A stretch of 64,000 nucleotides of DNA from Candidatus Levyibacteriota bacterium (GCA_003173895.1 PJMG01000005.1:18275-82274); one strand, 5' to 3'. Numbered from the stretch's first letter, positions 19,227 to 28,358 are shown. Notes: generated by a model not told the origin, from the sequence alone. Translations and numbers: made by a program.

Positions 19227-20219
19227 TTACTTGCTTAATTTTTTAATTTCCTCTTTTAATTTATTTAAAGATCCTTCATTATAAATACTTACGCTTAATA
19301 CTTCTTTATTTTTAAATAATTTTTGTAAATCTTTAAGTTTTTTATTATCGATTAAATCTATTTTAGTAAAAAGGATAACTTCTTTTTTACTTTCTAATTC
19401 TTTAGAAAAGCTACTTAATTCTGCTCTTATAGTTTCATAATCTTTTTTAATATTTTCACTTTGAGAGTCAATGCAATGAATTAAAACTTTAGTTTTTTCT
19501 ACGTGTTTTAAAAATTTTATTCCCAATCCTTTCCCTTTAGACGCACCTTCTATTATTCCGGGAATGTCAGCAATAACGATATGATTAGATTGCTTCACTT
19601 CGTTCGCAATGACGGGAGTAAACATTACTCCTAAGTTTGGTTCTAGTGTAGTAAAAGCGTAGTTTCCGATTTTAGGATGAGCATTAGTTAAAACTTTTAA
19701 CAAACTACTTTTTCCAGCGTTTGGAAGTCCTATTAAACCTATGTCTGCAAAAAGTTTTAGAACTAAATGAATTTTCTTTTCTTCTCCAGGTTTACCATTT
19801 TCAAAATGTCTAGGTGTTTGATTAATGGAACTTCTAAATTCACTATTTCCTCTTCCCCCATTTCCACCCTTAGCTATTAAAAATTTATCATCTTCACTTT
19901 CTACATCCCAAATTTGTCCAGTTTCTTCATCTGTTACTTCAGTTCCCAATGGTACTAAAAGCACTAAATCTTCTCCAGTTTTACCTCGGTTATATTCAGT
20001 TTTTCCTTTTCCACCATCTTCAGCTTTTATATTTTTCTTAAACCTAAATTTACTAAGTGCATCTATATCATTAACTCCTTTTACATAAATATCTCCACCC
20101 TTTCCCCCATTTCCACCATCTGGACCACCAAAAGCAGTCATAGCATTCCTTCTCAAGTGCATTAAACCATCTCCGCCGTTCCCCGCTTTAACTGTAATTT
20201 TCACATCATCAATTAACAT
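19227..20219 (-). CDS. obg: GTPase Obg (short form lacking C-terminal extension)
   Basis: Gly-rich Obg fold at the N-terminus (MLIDDVKITVKAGNGGDG...GGPDGGNGGKGGDIYV); G1 GLPNAGKSSLL; G3 DIPGIIEGAS. Confidence 0.85.
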   Translation of the reverse strand: MLIDDVKITVKAGNGGDGLMHLRRNAMTAFGGPDGGNGGKGGDIYVKGVNDIDALSKFRFKKNIKAEDGGKGKTEYNRGKTGEDLVLLVPLGTEVTDEETGQIWDVESEDDKFLIAKGGNGGRGNSEFRSSINQTPRHFENGKPGEEKKIHLVLKLFADIGLIGLPNAGKSSLLKVLTNAHPKIGNYAFTTLEPNLGVMFTPVIANEVKQSNHIVIADIPGIIEGASKGKGLGIKFLKHVEKTKVLIHCIDSQSENIKKDYETIRAELSSFSKELESKKEVILFTKIDLIDNKKLKDLQKLFKNKEVLSVSIYNEGSLNKLKEEIKKLSK

Positions 20220-20285
20220 ATGTATATTTTAGCAGATTGTACAAGCAAATTGCCTTAGTTTTCAATTCTATAATATAATTCAAAA

Positions 20286-20888
20286 ATGTCGCCAGAAAAT
20301 GTAATTGAAAATGAAAATCGCACGTCTAAAGTTATCCATGTTCGAGCACATCATATTTGGCGGACTAAAAATGAATATGCTACTTTATTTTTAAACGCAT
20401 TAGGTGGGAATATTGATCATAGTGCAATAATTGAGCATATATCACATTTAGGTGTAAACGATTCAGAATATAGAGAAGATGTATTTGCTGACATTGACGA
20501 AAATTTTTCAGATGTTTTTGATAAAAGGTTTGATTACTATATGCATTTGGCTGATTTAAAAAACACAGACATTTTGTCTATAGGTGTAGCTAAAGATGGC
20601 ATTTGTGAATCATGTATAATTGGAAAACACTGTTTAAAACGATTTATAACTAAAGATGATAAAACTATCGATATAGTAGAAGAAGAGACATCTCGAGCCA
20701 CAGCATTACTTACTATAATTAGCGCTAGTTTGCCTTTTGAGTTAACAGAAGGTAGAGATTTTAAATGGGTTAAGGAAATTGTTCCATTAGAAGTAAATAA
20801 TGAAATAGTCGATACAGAAGTTGATCAGTTAGAAATTAGAGTGGGTTTAGTAAGGCAGGCTTTTAAGTTAAATCAATATCAAACTTAA
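20286..20888 (+). CDS. Hypothetical protein
   Basis: 200-aa ORF. Confidence 0.45.
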   Translation: MSPENVIENENRTSKVIHVRAHHIWRTKNEYATLFLNALGGNIDHSAIIEHISHLGVNDSEYREDVFADIDENFSDVFDKRFDYYMHLADLKNTDILSIGVAKDGICESCIIGKHCLKRFITKDDKTIDIVEEETSRATALLTIISASLPFELTEGRDFKWVKEIVPLEVNNEIVDTEVDQLEIRVGLVRQAFKLNQYQT

Positions 20889-20934
20889 TTCATAATTCTT
20901 GATTCATAATTCTTACTTGACGTATTATTAATAG

Positions 20935-21894
20935 GTGAAGAAATTTTTAACTCTTTTCTCTTTTGTTTTACTTTTGCTTTTTGCTAGCTACTATTATTTA
21001 AATAGAGCTGGTTATTTAAATAAAAAAATAGTTATCAATTTATCTTCACCTTTGCCGTTCAGTTTGTCCTTAAATCAAAATCCTACTGTTTCTACTTTAG
21101 ATCTTTGGAATCCGACTAAAGCACATGGAGAAAGTGCATCACTGGATTTGACAGCTAAAAGTGCTATTGCTTATGATTTAACTACAAATCAAGTTTTATT
21201 AGATAAAAACCCTACGGAAAAACTTCCCATGGCATCTTTAACTAAGGTTATGACCGCTATAATTGCTTTAGAACATCCGTTGCCATCAAATCAATATTTA
21301 GTCAAATCATCTTATTTAGTAGGCAATGATAGTATGGGATTAGATGTAGGTGAAGTTTTAACTTTAAATGATTTACTTTATGGTTTAGTCTTACATTCAG
21401 GAAATGATGCTGCAGAAACATTAGCAGGAAATTTTCCAGGTGGCAAAACAGCTTTTATAAAAGCTATGAATGATAAAGCTCAAGCTTTAGGGCTTTCAAA
21501 CACACATTTTACTAATCCTACTGGTTTAGAGGGGGATGGTAATCAATATACCACCGCTTATGATTTACTCGTAATTACCCGTTATGCATTAGAAAATTTT
21601 CCTATTTTTGATCAGGTAATTTCCACTTTTGATTACACTATTCCATCTACTTCTACTCACAAAGAATACGATCTAGAAAATGAAACTAACTTACTCACTA
21701 GTTATCCAGGCGTAGTGGGAGTTAAGGATGGATATACAGATGAAGCAGGTTTATGTTTGGATACTTATTTAGACTATAAAGATCATAAAATAATTGCAAT
21801 CATACTTGGTAGTGATGATCGACGAGGTGAAATGAAAGAAATTTTAGATTATTCACTTGAGTCAGAAGGTGTGACTCCCCCACCCCATGATTAA
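20935..21894 (+). CDS. D-alanyl-D-alanine carboxypeptidase (peptidase S11, PBP5-like)
   Basis: Signal peptide; SxxK MASLTKVMTA; SxN HSGNDAA; KTG-like VKDGYTDEAG. Confidence 0.75.
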   Translation: MKKFLTLFSFVLLLLFASYYYLNRAGYLNKKIVINLSSPLPFSLSLNQNPTVSTLDLWNPTKAHGESASLDLTAKSAIAYDLTTNQVLLDKNPTEKLPMASLTKVMTAIIALEHPLPSNQYLVKSSYLVGNDSMGLDVGEVLTLNDLLYGLVLHSGNDAAETLAGNFPGGKTAFIKAMNDKAQALGLSNTHFTNPTGLEGDGNQYTTAYDLLVITRYALENFPIFDQVISTFDYTIPSTSTHKEYDLENETNLLTSYPGVVGVKDGYTDEAGLCLDTYLDYKDHKIIAIILGSDDRRGEMKEILDYSLESEGVTPPPHD

Positions 21895-23110
21895 AAAAAT
21901 TTTTCTGACACTCTCAATCCTAATTTTATCTTATTTTTTAATTAGTAATATTTTTATTGGTATAAAAACCATTCCTACAGAAGGAGATAGTGTAGCTTAC
22001 CACATACCAACAGCCAAAAATATTCTGCGTGGGGAAATTTTAAAACCTGATTCTTATTTAGCTTATTATCCCAGTATTGGCGAAATTTTATTAGCCATAT
22101 TTATTTTGTTAAAAATTTCTCTGAATCTCTTTAATGTTTTGGCAGCGATTTGTTTATTTATTTCATGCTTTTTCTTAGCTAAAAAATATAATCTTTCTAA
22201 AGAAAATTCATTTTTCTTTGCATTTTCCATCACTACTTTAAATGTAGTTTTAAGATGGTTAAATGCACAAATTATAGATATTTGGTTAGCAGTTTTTTAT
22301 GTTTGTTCTCTATTAGCTATACTTAATTTAAGTAAAAAATGGCAAAGCTTTTTAATTTTAGGAATTTTTTTAGGATTGCTATTAGGTACTAAATACTCTG
22401 CTCCACTTTTTGTCTTTATTTTAGTTATATTATTCTGGAATAAAATTAAATCAAATTTAAACTTCTCTAATTTTTTAGTTGGAAGTTTTCCATCTTTAAT
22501 TTTAGGTTTATCCTGGTATATAAGAAATTTAATTTTGGTTGATAACCCCTTTTATCCTCAACCATTTTTAATTTTTAAGGGCTATAAACCTTGGGATTTA
22601 TTAAATATCCACATCTATCAAATTTTACTTTTAAAACCCACATTTTTCTTAAACGCTATTATAAGTGAAATTAGTTTCTGGTCAATATTAATTTTTTTAA
22701 TTTCACTTGTATTTAGTTTAAATTATATTGGACGAGATTCTTCGCTTACGCTCAGAATGACAGAAAAGTTTAAGATAATTTTTAACAATTCTCTATTTAA
22801 ATCTCTTTTATTCTTATTTATCCTAAACTTTTTAGGATTTTTAGTTTTGCCTACCATTTTTAGATATTCTAATGTAGTTTCTAGTTTTAGATATTCTCTT
22901 CCAGTCTTTATTCCAGGAATATTATTAATATTTATTATTTTCCAAAAATTAAAAAAGGAAAACTATCTTTATTTTTTAAGTATTGTTAACGCGTTAGTAA
23001 TTCTCATTCCTCCCTATCGTCCTAAAATCACTATTTTTATCTTTTTAATTACTATAATTATTTTTACTATAATTAACAAACTCAGATTTCTTTTATCTAG
23101 AACAATATGA
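21887..23110 (+). CDS. Polytopic membrane protein (possible GT-C-type glycosyltransferase)
   Basis: 407 aa with 10 or more hydrophobic helices. Overlaps the stop of the upstream carboxypeptidase gene. Confidence 0.4.
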   Translation: MIKKIFLTLSILILSYFLISNIFIGIKTIPTEGDSVAYHIPTAKNILRGEILKPDSYLAYYPSIGEILLAIFILLKISLNLFNVLAAICLFISCFFLAKKYNLSKENSFFFAFSITTLNVVLRWLNAQIIDIWLAVFYVCSLLAILNLSKKWQSFLILGIFLGLLLGTKYSAPLFVFILVILFWNKIKSNLNFSNFLVGSFPSLILGLSWYIRNLILVDNPFYPQPFLIFKGYKPWDLLNIHIYQILLLKPTFFLNAIISEISFWSILIFLISLVFSLNYIGRDSSLTLRMTEKFKIIFNNSLFKSLLFLFILNFLGFLVLPTIFRYSNVVSSFRYSLPVFIPGILLIFIIFQKLKKENYLYFLSIVNALVILIPPYRPKITIFIFLITIIIFTIINKLRFLLSRTI

Positions 23111-23380
23111 ACATTCACAATCACATGAGCACCCGTTCATATGTCCACCACCTTGATAACCCATACCACTTTGTGTATGTAACATGACTTTCATCATACC
23201 TTCTAGCTTTGCCACTCTTTCTTTGAGTTTATATATCTTTTTTATGATCATAAAATTAGGTATATCACCACTAAACCATCCTCCATCTCCCATTTCACTT
23301 GGTTCAGAGTCCATCTCTGCGGATGTATCAGTAGTTTGATTTTCATTATCTTTATCTGTTTTATCTGACATTTTCTCCAC
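23093..23380 (-). CDS. Small acidic protein with Cys-rich C-terminus (GGGHMNGCSCDCECSYCSR)
   Basis: 95-aa ORF with a C-terminal CxCxCxC cluster. Confidence 0.4.
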   Translation of the reverse strand: MEKMSDKTDKDNENQTTDTSAEMDSEPSEMGDGGWFSGDIPNFMIIKKIYKLKERVAKLEGMMKVMLHTQSGMGYQGGGHMNGCSCDCECSYCSR

Positions 23381-23469
23381 CTCCCTTCTATATTGTTTGT
23401 AATTTAAAAATGTAAGTGGAATAGAATTTTCCAGTAAGAAATAGGTTAAAAAAACTGAATTTTTTTACC

Positions 23470-23497
23470 TTGCATAAGTTTTAAATTAGTCTATACT
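23470..23497 (+). promoter_or_regulatory. Candidate sigma-70 promoter TTGCAT-N16-TATACT
   Basis: Hexamers seen directly in sequence ~15 nt upstream of the 23512 start codon. Confidence 0.4.
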
Positions 23498-23511
23498 AGA
23501 TAAATATTTTT

Positions 23512-23862
23512 ATGAATAATGAAACAATAACTCAAATAGAAAAGCTTGGAAGATTTAACAGTGGTAGATTAAATATTTCTACATATGTTGAAAATATAGT
23601 TCCTCTAAATCCTAGTGAATCTTTAATAGTAGAAGCAAAAATAGAATATTATCTATCTAGAAGAAATTGGTTGAAATTTGTGATAAGTGGGGGTAAGGAT
23701 GATAGTAGAAGAGTTTTAAGAGCAAATATTTTAGATAAAAATATCAGAAAAAATGATATTCCTATTTTTCATAAAGAGGCTATAAAACTTCATTTACCAT
23801 CTGTTACTAGGGTTAAGATTAATCGTGGAGTAGATAATGATGAGCTAGTAAGAATTTATTAA
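23512..23862 (+). CDS. Hypothetical protein
   Basis: 116-aa ORF. Confidence 0.45.
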   Translation: MNNETITQIEKLGRFNSGRLNISTYVENIVPLNPSESLIVEAKIEYYLSRRNWLKFVISGGKDDSRRVLRANILDKNIRKNDIPIFHKEAIKLHLPSVTRVKINRGVDNDELVRIY

Positions 23863-23993
23863 TTAATATAACCTAGAATTTTATTGAAAACCTCTACCTC
23901 TCTTGCTATACTATGGAATCTGAAATGCTAAAATTAGAAGCTGGATTTCAAGAAGCCACTCCTTAATAGGTTTAAAGCGAAGTTTTATAATGT

Positions 23994-24065
23994 CGGGGGT
24001 AAAGGACTTGAACCTTCGACCTCACGGTCCCAAACCGCGCGCTCTACCAACTGAGCTAACCCCCG
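23994..24065 (-). tRNA. tRNA-Pro (anticodon UGG)
   Basis: Manual cloverleaf fold. Acceptor CGGGGGU/ACCCCCG; D-arm GCUC-AGUUGGUA-GAGC; anticodon stem CGCGG/CCGUG with loop UUUGGGA; T-arm GAAGG-UUCAAGU-CCUUU. CCA is not encoded. Confidence 0.8.
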
Positions 24066-24178
24066 GATGTATACAGATTTTATCATATAATCCATTTACA
24101 TTTAAAGTCGAATAATACATTATGAATTCTACTTAAAGTAAGGTGTCTACTATAGGACTAATTTACATGCACATTTCA

Positions 24179-24207
24179 TTGACGAGGGAATATTTAGGTG
24201 ATATAAC
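24179..24207 (+). promoter_or_regulatory. Candidate promoter TTGACG-N17-TATAAC
   Basis: Good -35/-10 hexamers in the intergenic region. Lies ~12 nt upstream of a 24-codon ORF (24219-24293) that is followed by a terminator. Confidence 0.35.
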
Positions 24208-24320
24208 CCAAATTAGGTATGAAAAACAATATATTAAATACATTATTATTTTTAGTCGACCCACAGAAGATTATGCTGCTGCGTTTGTTTTAAGTGAATT
24301 TTAAAATTCATATTTAAGAC

Positions 24321-24348
24321 AAACCAGCTTTAAACAGCTGGTTTTTTT
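24321..24348 (+). terminator. Rho-independent terminator (stem accagct/agctggt, loop ttaaac, then T7)
   Basis: Perfect 7-9 bp stem followed by TTTTTTT. The AA run on the 5' side could make it bidirectional. Confidence 0.6.
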
Positions 24349-24362
24349 ATAGGAGAAATAAT

Positions 24363-24527
24363 ATGACAAAAGATTTTTATAAAATAACTATTTATTTACT
24401 AATTTTAGTAATATACATAATTTTTGTTGATTTTATTTATCCTGATAGTATTCACCAGAATTCTCAAAATACTTTTATTATTGGTAAATTTTTAATTCCT
24501 AAAACCCTCGCGGCTTCAAGTAAATAG
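24363..24527 (+). CDS. Small hydrophobic protein (54 aa), absent from the ORF track
   Basis: AGGAG Shine-Dalgarno 7 nt upstream of the ATG. Sequence MTKDFYKITIYLLILVIYIIFVDFIYPDS... contains one TM helix. Confidence 0.4.
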   Translation: MTKDFYKITIYLLILVIYIIFVDFIYPDSIHQNSQNTFIIGKFLIPKTLAASSK

Positions 24528-24595
24528 TGTTAAATTACACACATTTGAGTCCTATAATTATTGCATTAGTACATAAAATGTAGTATAATTCCCCC

Positions 24596-25015
24596 ATGAA
24601 TTCGGAAATTTTAAAACATACTTTACATCATCCATTAGCTCATCTTAACTTTAGAGGAGCTATAAGAAGAGCAGGAGAAATTGCAAATACTAATAATCCT
24701 GTTTTAGTAACATTACAACTAGAAAGAAAAGATGGTAAAGCCATGGAAGGGATAAATGAGATGTATTGGGACTATTATCTTAGTCTTTTGGTAACATCAG
24801 CAACAGAAAGTTTTAGAATTAGTAGGAGAATAGCTCATAATGATACTGGTTTTAACGATAAAGTTAAAGACAAAGTTTTACGAAGAGTAAATAAGCTAAA
24901 TGAGAGATTAAAAAACTTCAATCTATCTTCCAATGTTTTTAAATATACTTACACACAAGATATGGGTTCTAATTATAGCGTTGTATCTACAACTCCCTGG
25001 ATGAACAAAGATTAA
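24596..25015 (+). CDS. Hypothetical protein
   Basis: 139-aa ORF. Confidence 0.45.
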   Translation: MNSEILKHTLHHPLAHLNFRGAIRRAGEIANTNNPVLVTLQLERKDGKAMEGINEMYWDYYLSLLVTSATESFRISRRIAHNDTGFNDKVKDKVLRRVNKLNERLKNFNLSSNVFKYTYTQDMGSNYSVVSTTPWMNKD

Positions 25016-25051
25016 GTTTAAACCGATAATCTCCTTTACTTGTTTTTAAAC

Positions 25052-25618
25052 TTATTTATTCTCTGTTTTTTGCGCCGATTCCCTTAGAACCCAATTATGT
25101 GATACAGTAGGTTCACTACATAAATTGCGATTAAAACAGCATGGTCTTCTCATGCCTTTATTGAGCTTTGATAGCGCTACTTCTATATGCTTTTGACGCG
25201 TTTCTGGAGTTTTAACTGCACGAACCCAACGAATCCAATCCCAACGGGCCATTGGTGTAATATCTTTCCATAAAGCTTCAGCTTTGGGTGAAGTTGCTAA
25301 TGTTTTTCTTAAATCCTCAGGCACATCAGGTTCTATCCACTCTTTGGTCGGTTCTAGCGAAACTTTTATAATATCGTTCGCTTCTGCGTGAATTTCATCA
25401 AGCAACTTTTTATCAGGCCTAAACCAATGACTTGATCCCTGTCCGGGTACATAATGGCCATCCGGTTCTAGCACTGCCTTAAAAGGGACATTATTTAAAG
25501 TACCCTTAACCATAGTCATTCCTCTGGACGGAAGTTTGGCGCTTGCCTCATTAGGTAGTTTGAGAATTGTCCAGGAATTGATATTAAATAGTTTTGTTTC
25601 AAAACTTATAGTGGACAT
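25052..25618 (-). CDS. DUF1905/YdeI-family protein
   Basis: C-terminal PMARWDWIRWV...KTPETRQKHIE block typical of the YdeI/OmpD-associated family. Confidence 0.5.
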   Translation of the reverse strand: MSTISFETKLFNINSWTILKLPNEASAKLPSRGMTMVKGTLNNVPFKAVLEPDGHYVPGQGSSHWFRPDKKLLDEIHAEANDIIKVSLEPTKEWIEPDVPEDLRKTLATSPKAEALWKDITPMARWDWIRWVRAVKTPETRQKHIEVALSKLNKGMRRPCCFNRNLCSEPTVSHNWVLRESAQKTENK

Positions 25619-25654
25619 ATACTATATGTAGTATACCAAAGATTAAAAATTCTG

Positions 25655-25727
25655 GGTGGCTGACGGGTGATGCTCCCGCTACCTCCTGTTCCACAAACAG
25701 GCGTTCTGCTGTTGAACTACAGCCACC
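25655..25727 (-). tRNA. tRNA-His-like cloverleaf (anticodon GUG, G-1:C73) with non-canonical D and T loops
   Basis: Perfect 7-bp acceptor stem GUGGCUG/CAGCCAC plus an extra 5' G paired to discriminator C. D-stem GUUC/GAAC, anticodon stem CCUGU/ACAGG with loop UUGUGGA, T-stem GCGGG/CCCGU. D-loop AACAGCA has no GG and T-loop AGCAUCA has no UUC. Confidence 0.5.
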
Positions 25728-25730
25728 ATA

Positions 25731-26249
25731 TTATTTATTTAATAATAAAGTTAATTTATCAAATTCGTTCTTATAATGATGTACTAAATAGTGACAATTA
25801 CTACAGAGCCAGATTAAGTTAGTAAGATTATTATTTTTTCTATTTTTATCATAATGATGAATCATTAATACTCTTTTATCAGTTGTTTTACATAATATAC
25901 ATACTCGATCTATATTTGAATCAATCAAAATTCTTCTATATGCTGATTCACCGTATTTCCAGTTTTTATGATTTTCTCCTATAAAAACCTTTTCATTTCT
26001 CCAAATTGTTTGACATTGTTTATTGCAAAAATATTTACCACTCTTTGATCTTTTTAGTGCTAAAGGAGATTTATAAACTTTCTTATTACAAATCGAACAA
26101 TTAACTATTTTACCTTTTAAATTGCCTTTATTTCTACATATTGCTGAACAATATTTTCCCCAGCCTTTTTTTATATGACTTGGTTTAGCATAAAATATAT
26201 TTTTACATTCCAGGCATATATTTTTGGGCATGATTAATTTATAAATCAA
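25731..26249 (-). CDS. HNH endonuclease with N-terminal zinc-finger repeats
   Basis: Two CxxC...GKYCSxxC/GKYFCNKQC repeats followed by an HNH core (HHYDKNRKNNNLTNLIWLCSNCHYLVHH). A TTGACA-N17-TTATAA promoter lies upstream on the minus strand (~26262). Confidence 0.7.
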   Translation of the reverse strand: MIYKLIMPKNICLECKNIFYAKPSHIKKGWGKYCSAICRNKGNLKGKIVNCSICNKKVYKSPLALKRSKSGKYFCNKQCQTIWRNEKVFIGENHKNWKYGESAYRRILIDSNIDRVCILCKTTDKRVLMIHHYDKNRKNNNLTNLIWLCSNCHYLVHHYKNEFDKLTLLLNK

Positions 26250-26290
26250 TATATATTATATTGTCAAAGAACAAGTTTAAATAGAAACTG

Positions 26291-26317
26291 ACGCTCTAAC
26301 CATTGAGCTATGGCCAC
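26291..26317 (-). pseudogene. Orphan 5' half of a canonical tRNA-His (G-1, acceptor strand, D-arm, no downstream partner)
   Basis: Minus-strand GGUGGCCAUAGCUCAAUGGUUAGAGCG matches tRNA-His 5' halves such as E. coli GGUGGCUAUAGCUCAGUUGGUAGAGC. No anticodon arm, T-arm or 3' acceptor strand follows. Confidence 0.45.
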
Positions 26318-26388
26318 CAAACTAGCTTAAATTATATCATTGAATAAGAATATTTTCTATTAAATAAATATTTTATATAATACTTTTT

Positions 26389-26976
26389 ATGGAAGATTTT
26401 AGAGCAATTGGTCCAAACTTAGCAAAACTTATGCCATCTTATCTGGATGGACAAATTAAAACTAGTCCAGAATCTACGGGTTTAGAGATTAAGACACAAG
26501 AATTTTATGCTAATCTAGAAACTATTTTAGATGGTAAAAATTTAAAAGAAGGAACTATTGGAGGTAATGATGAAAATCAAATAAAAGCTTTTGTAGAAAT
26601 AGCTAAAACTTTAGGATTTGGAGAACTTTTTTCTAGTGAGGAATTGCCTCGATATGTTTCATTAAAAATCGGTCGTGTAGAAGATCATTCAAATATTCTA
26701 GGTCTGGTTCTTACTAGTCGTTATGGATGGACTCATAAAGGTACGGATATAACTATGAGCGTTTTAACTTCTCCCAATGCTAGTTTAATTTCTGCGACTT
26801 CAGAACCTAGTAATTTTTCTATACTCAATGAGCCTGACGAAGAAAATACGCCAGAAACTGTTTTGTGGAGACAACATTTGTCTACTGAAGGAGAAATAAC
26901 AGGAATAAGTAAACTCTTAACTGATGGTTTAAGTGGTAGTGCTCCCTATTCTATAGAATGGCTTTCTAGTTTTTAG
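26389..26976 (+). CDS. Hypothetical protein
   Basis: 195-aa ORF. Confidence 0.45.
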   Translation: MEDFRAIGPNLAKLMPSYLDGQIKTSPESTGLEIKTQEFYANLETILDGKNLKEGTIGGNDENQIKAFVEIAKTLGFGELFSSEELPRYVSLKIGRVEDHSNILGLVLTSRYGWTHKGTDITMSVLTSPNASLISATSEPSNFSILNEPDEENTPETVLWRQHLSTEGEITGISKLLTDGLSGSAPYSIEWLSSF

Positions 26977-27160
26977 GTTTATCTGCGGGAGGGGAATCTG
27001 GACTAGGAGGATTTAAAGGTTGATCTGGGATTACAGGCTTTTTAAATACATCTCCTCCACGTCTGCGTCGCTCTTGTTCTGCTTGTTTTTTGCTAAGAGC
27101 ATCTGCTAGTTGTTTTGCAATATCTGGGTTTTGTTCTGGTTCTTGAGTATGCATAATCAT
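26966..27160 (-). CDS. Small charged, Pro-rich protein (64 aa)
   Basis: Immediately downstream of the P-loop kinase gene on the same strand, with a 3-nt gap. Confidence 0.35.
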   Translation of the reverse strand: MIMHTQEPEQNPDIAKQLADALSKKQAEQERRRRGGDVFKKPVIPDQPLNPPSPDSPPADKPKN

Positions 27161-27163
27161 ATT

Positions 27164-28261
27164 TTAATCCTCCAGCGTAAGTTTAGCAATTTCACTAAAC
27201 TGCGCTGCCCACTCTAAAACTTTTGGATCACTAACATCTAAAATATTTAATGACTTTGATCCGTTAGATATGTGATTTGAATTATCTATTATTCCAGTTT
27301 GTAAAATAGAATTGGCAGGGAGTCCGTTTATAAGTGTTAAAAAATTAATTAATCCCATTCCACTTTCAATAATAGCTTTTAGTGGAACTGTCCTATCTCT
27401 ATAAATGACTGCTCTTCTTAAACATTCTTCCAAAGGCGTATAAACATAAGTTAAAACTACTTTGTAACCTTTAGCTACACAGTCTAAAATTTGTTCTAAG
27501 TTTTTATCTAATTTTCTAAATGAACCTTCGTAAAATACGTTAAGATTGCGTCTTAAAGCTTCATCAAAAATTTCGTCTGATAAGTGATGCGCTATTTCAC
27601 TACTAGCTTCGATATGAGCCCTATTTTTATGATCATAGCCTGGGATGGCATGTTCTCTAAGAGCATCAGGATCTGCACTAACTATATGAGAATTTTGAAC
27701 TAAAACTCCTTCTCGAGCTAAAGATTTACCTGCTCCCATAGGTCCTGCTAAAATTACTATCATTTTAGGATCTGTAGCTTCCTTTCCGTCTAAAATTTCA
27801 TGTACTATTTGAGCTTTTATATCTTGAAAATCACTATGTGCGAGTCTATCTCTTACCTGTTGGACTAATGTAGTATATTCATCAGATTGAGTTAATTGTC
27901 CTAGTCTAATTTCGGAAATTTTAATAAGATTTCTTAAAGTTTCTAAAGCTTTATTTTGAAGAGCCTTATATGCTTGAAGATATTCTGGAAGAGTTAAACC
28001 CATTTCATGTAGTTTTATCTCTGTATCTAATTCAGAGTTAGTGTATGCATTAATAACATTGGAATTAGTAGTAAGATTTAGTCCATTAGTTTTTAAATGT
28101 TCTAATTCTCCAAATAAGGCTTTTCCTTCTTCTGGATTTTTAATAACGTAAAAATTAGTAGCTATCTCAAGTTCTTCTAAAGAAACCTGAGTACGGGGAG
28201 TTTTTTCTATATCCCTAGTTTGGAGATCAATTCTTGGCAGATTTTGCTCCGTCATATTCAT
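27164..28261 (-). CDS. P-loop kinase, zeta-toxin/AAA_33-like, with N-terminal extension
   Basis: Walker A ILAGPMGAGKSLA in the C-terminal ~200 aa. Overall layout resembles zeta-toxin / nucleotide-kinase folds. Confidence 0.45.
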   Translation of the reverse strand: MNMTEQNLPRIDLQTRDIEKTPRTQVSLEELEIATNFYVIKNPEEGKALFGELEHLKTNGLNLTTNSNVINAYTNSELDTEIKLHEMGLTLPEYLQAYKALQNKALETLRNLIKISEIRLGQLTQSDEYTTLVQQVRDRLAHSDFQDIKAQIVHEILDGKEATDPKMIVILAGPMGAGKSLAREGVLVQNSHIVSADPDALREHAIPGYDHKNRAHIEASSEIAHHLSDEIFDEALRRNLNVFYEGSFRKLDKNLEQILDCVAKGYKVVLTYVYTPLEECLRRAVIYRDRTVPLKAIIESGMGLINFLTLINGLPANSILQTGIIDNSNHISNGSKSLNILDVSDPKVLEWAAQFSEIAKLTLED

Positions 28262-28358
28262 TAGTGTCTAAAAAATGACACATTAATATTATAAGCTATT
28301 TTACCTTATTTTGCAAACTTATAGTAAATAGCAAGCAATAGCAGTATAATGGCTTATT

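Noticed and set aside
25655-26317. Considered a group I intron carrying the HNH ORF inside a single tRNA-His gene
   Set aside because: The downstream element is a complete self-paired cloverleaf (it has both acceptor strands) rather than a 3' exon. The upstream 5' half does not pair with its 3' strand. No intron core (P3-P7) is recognisable in the ~560 nt between them.
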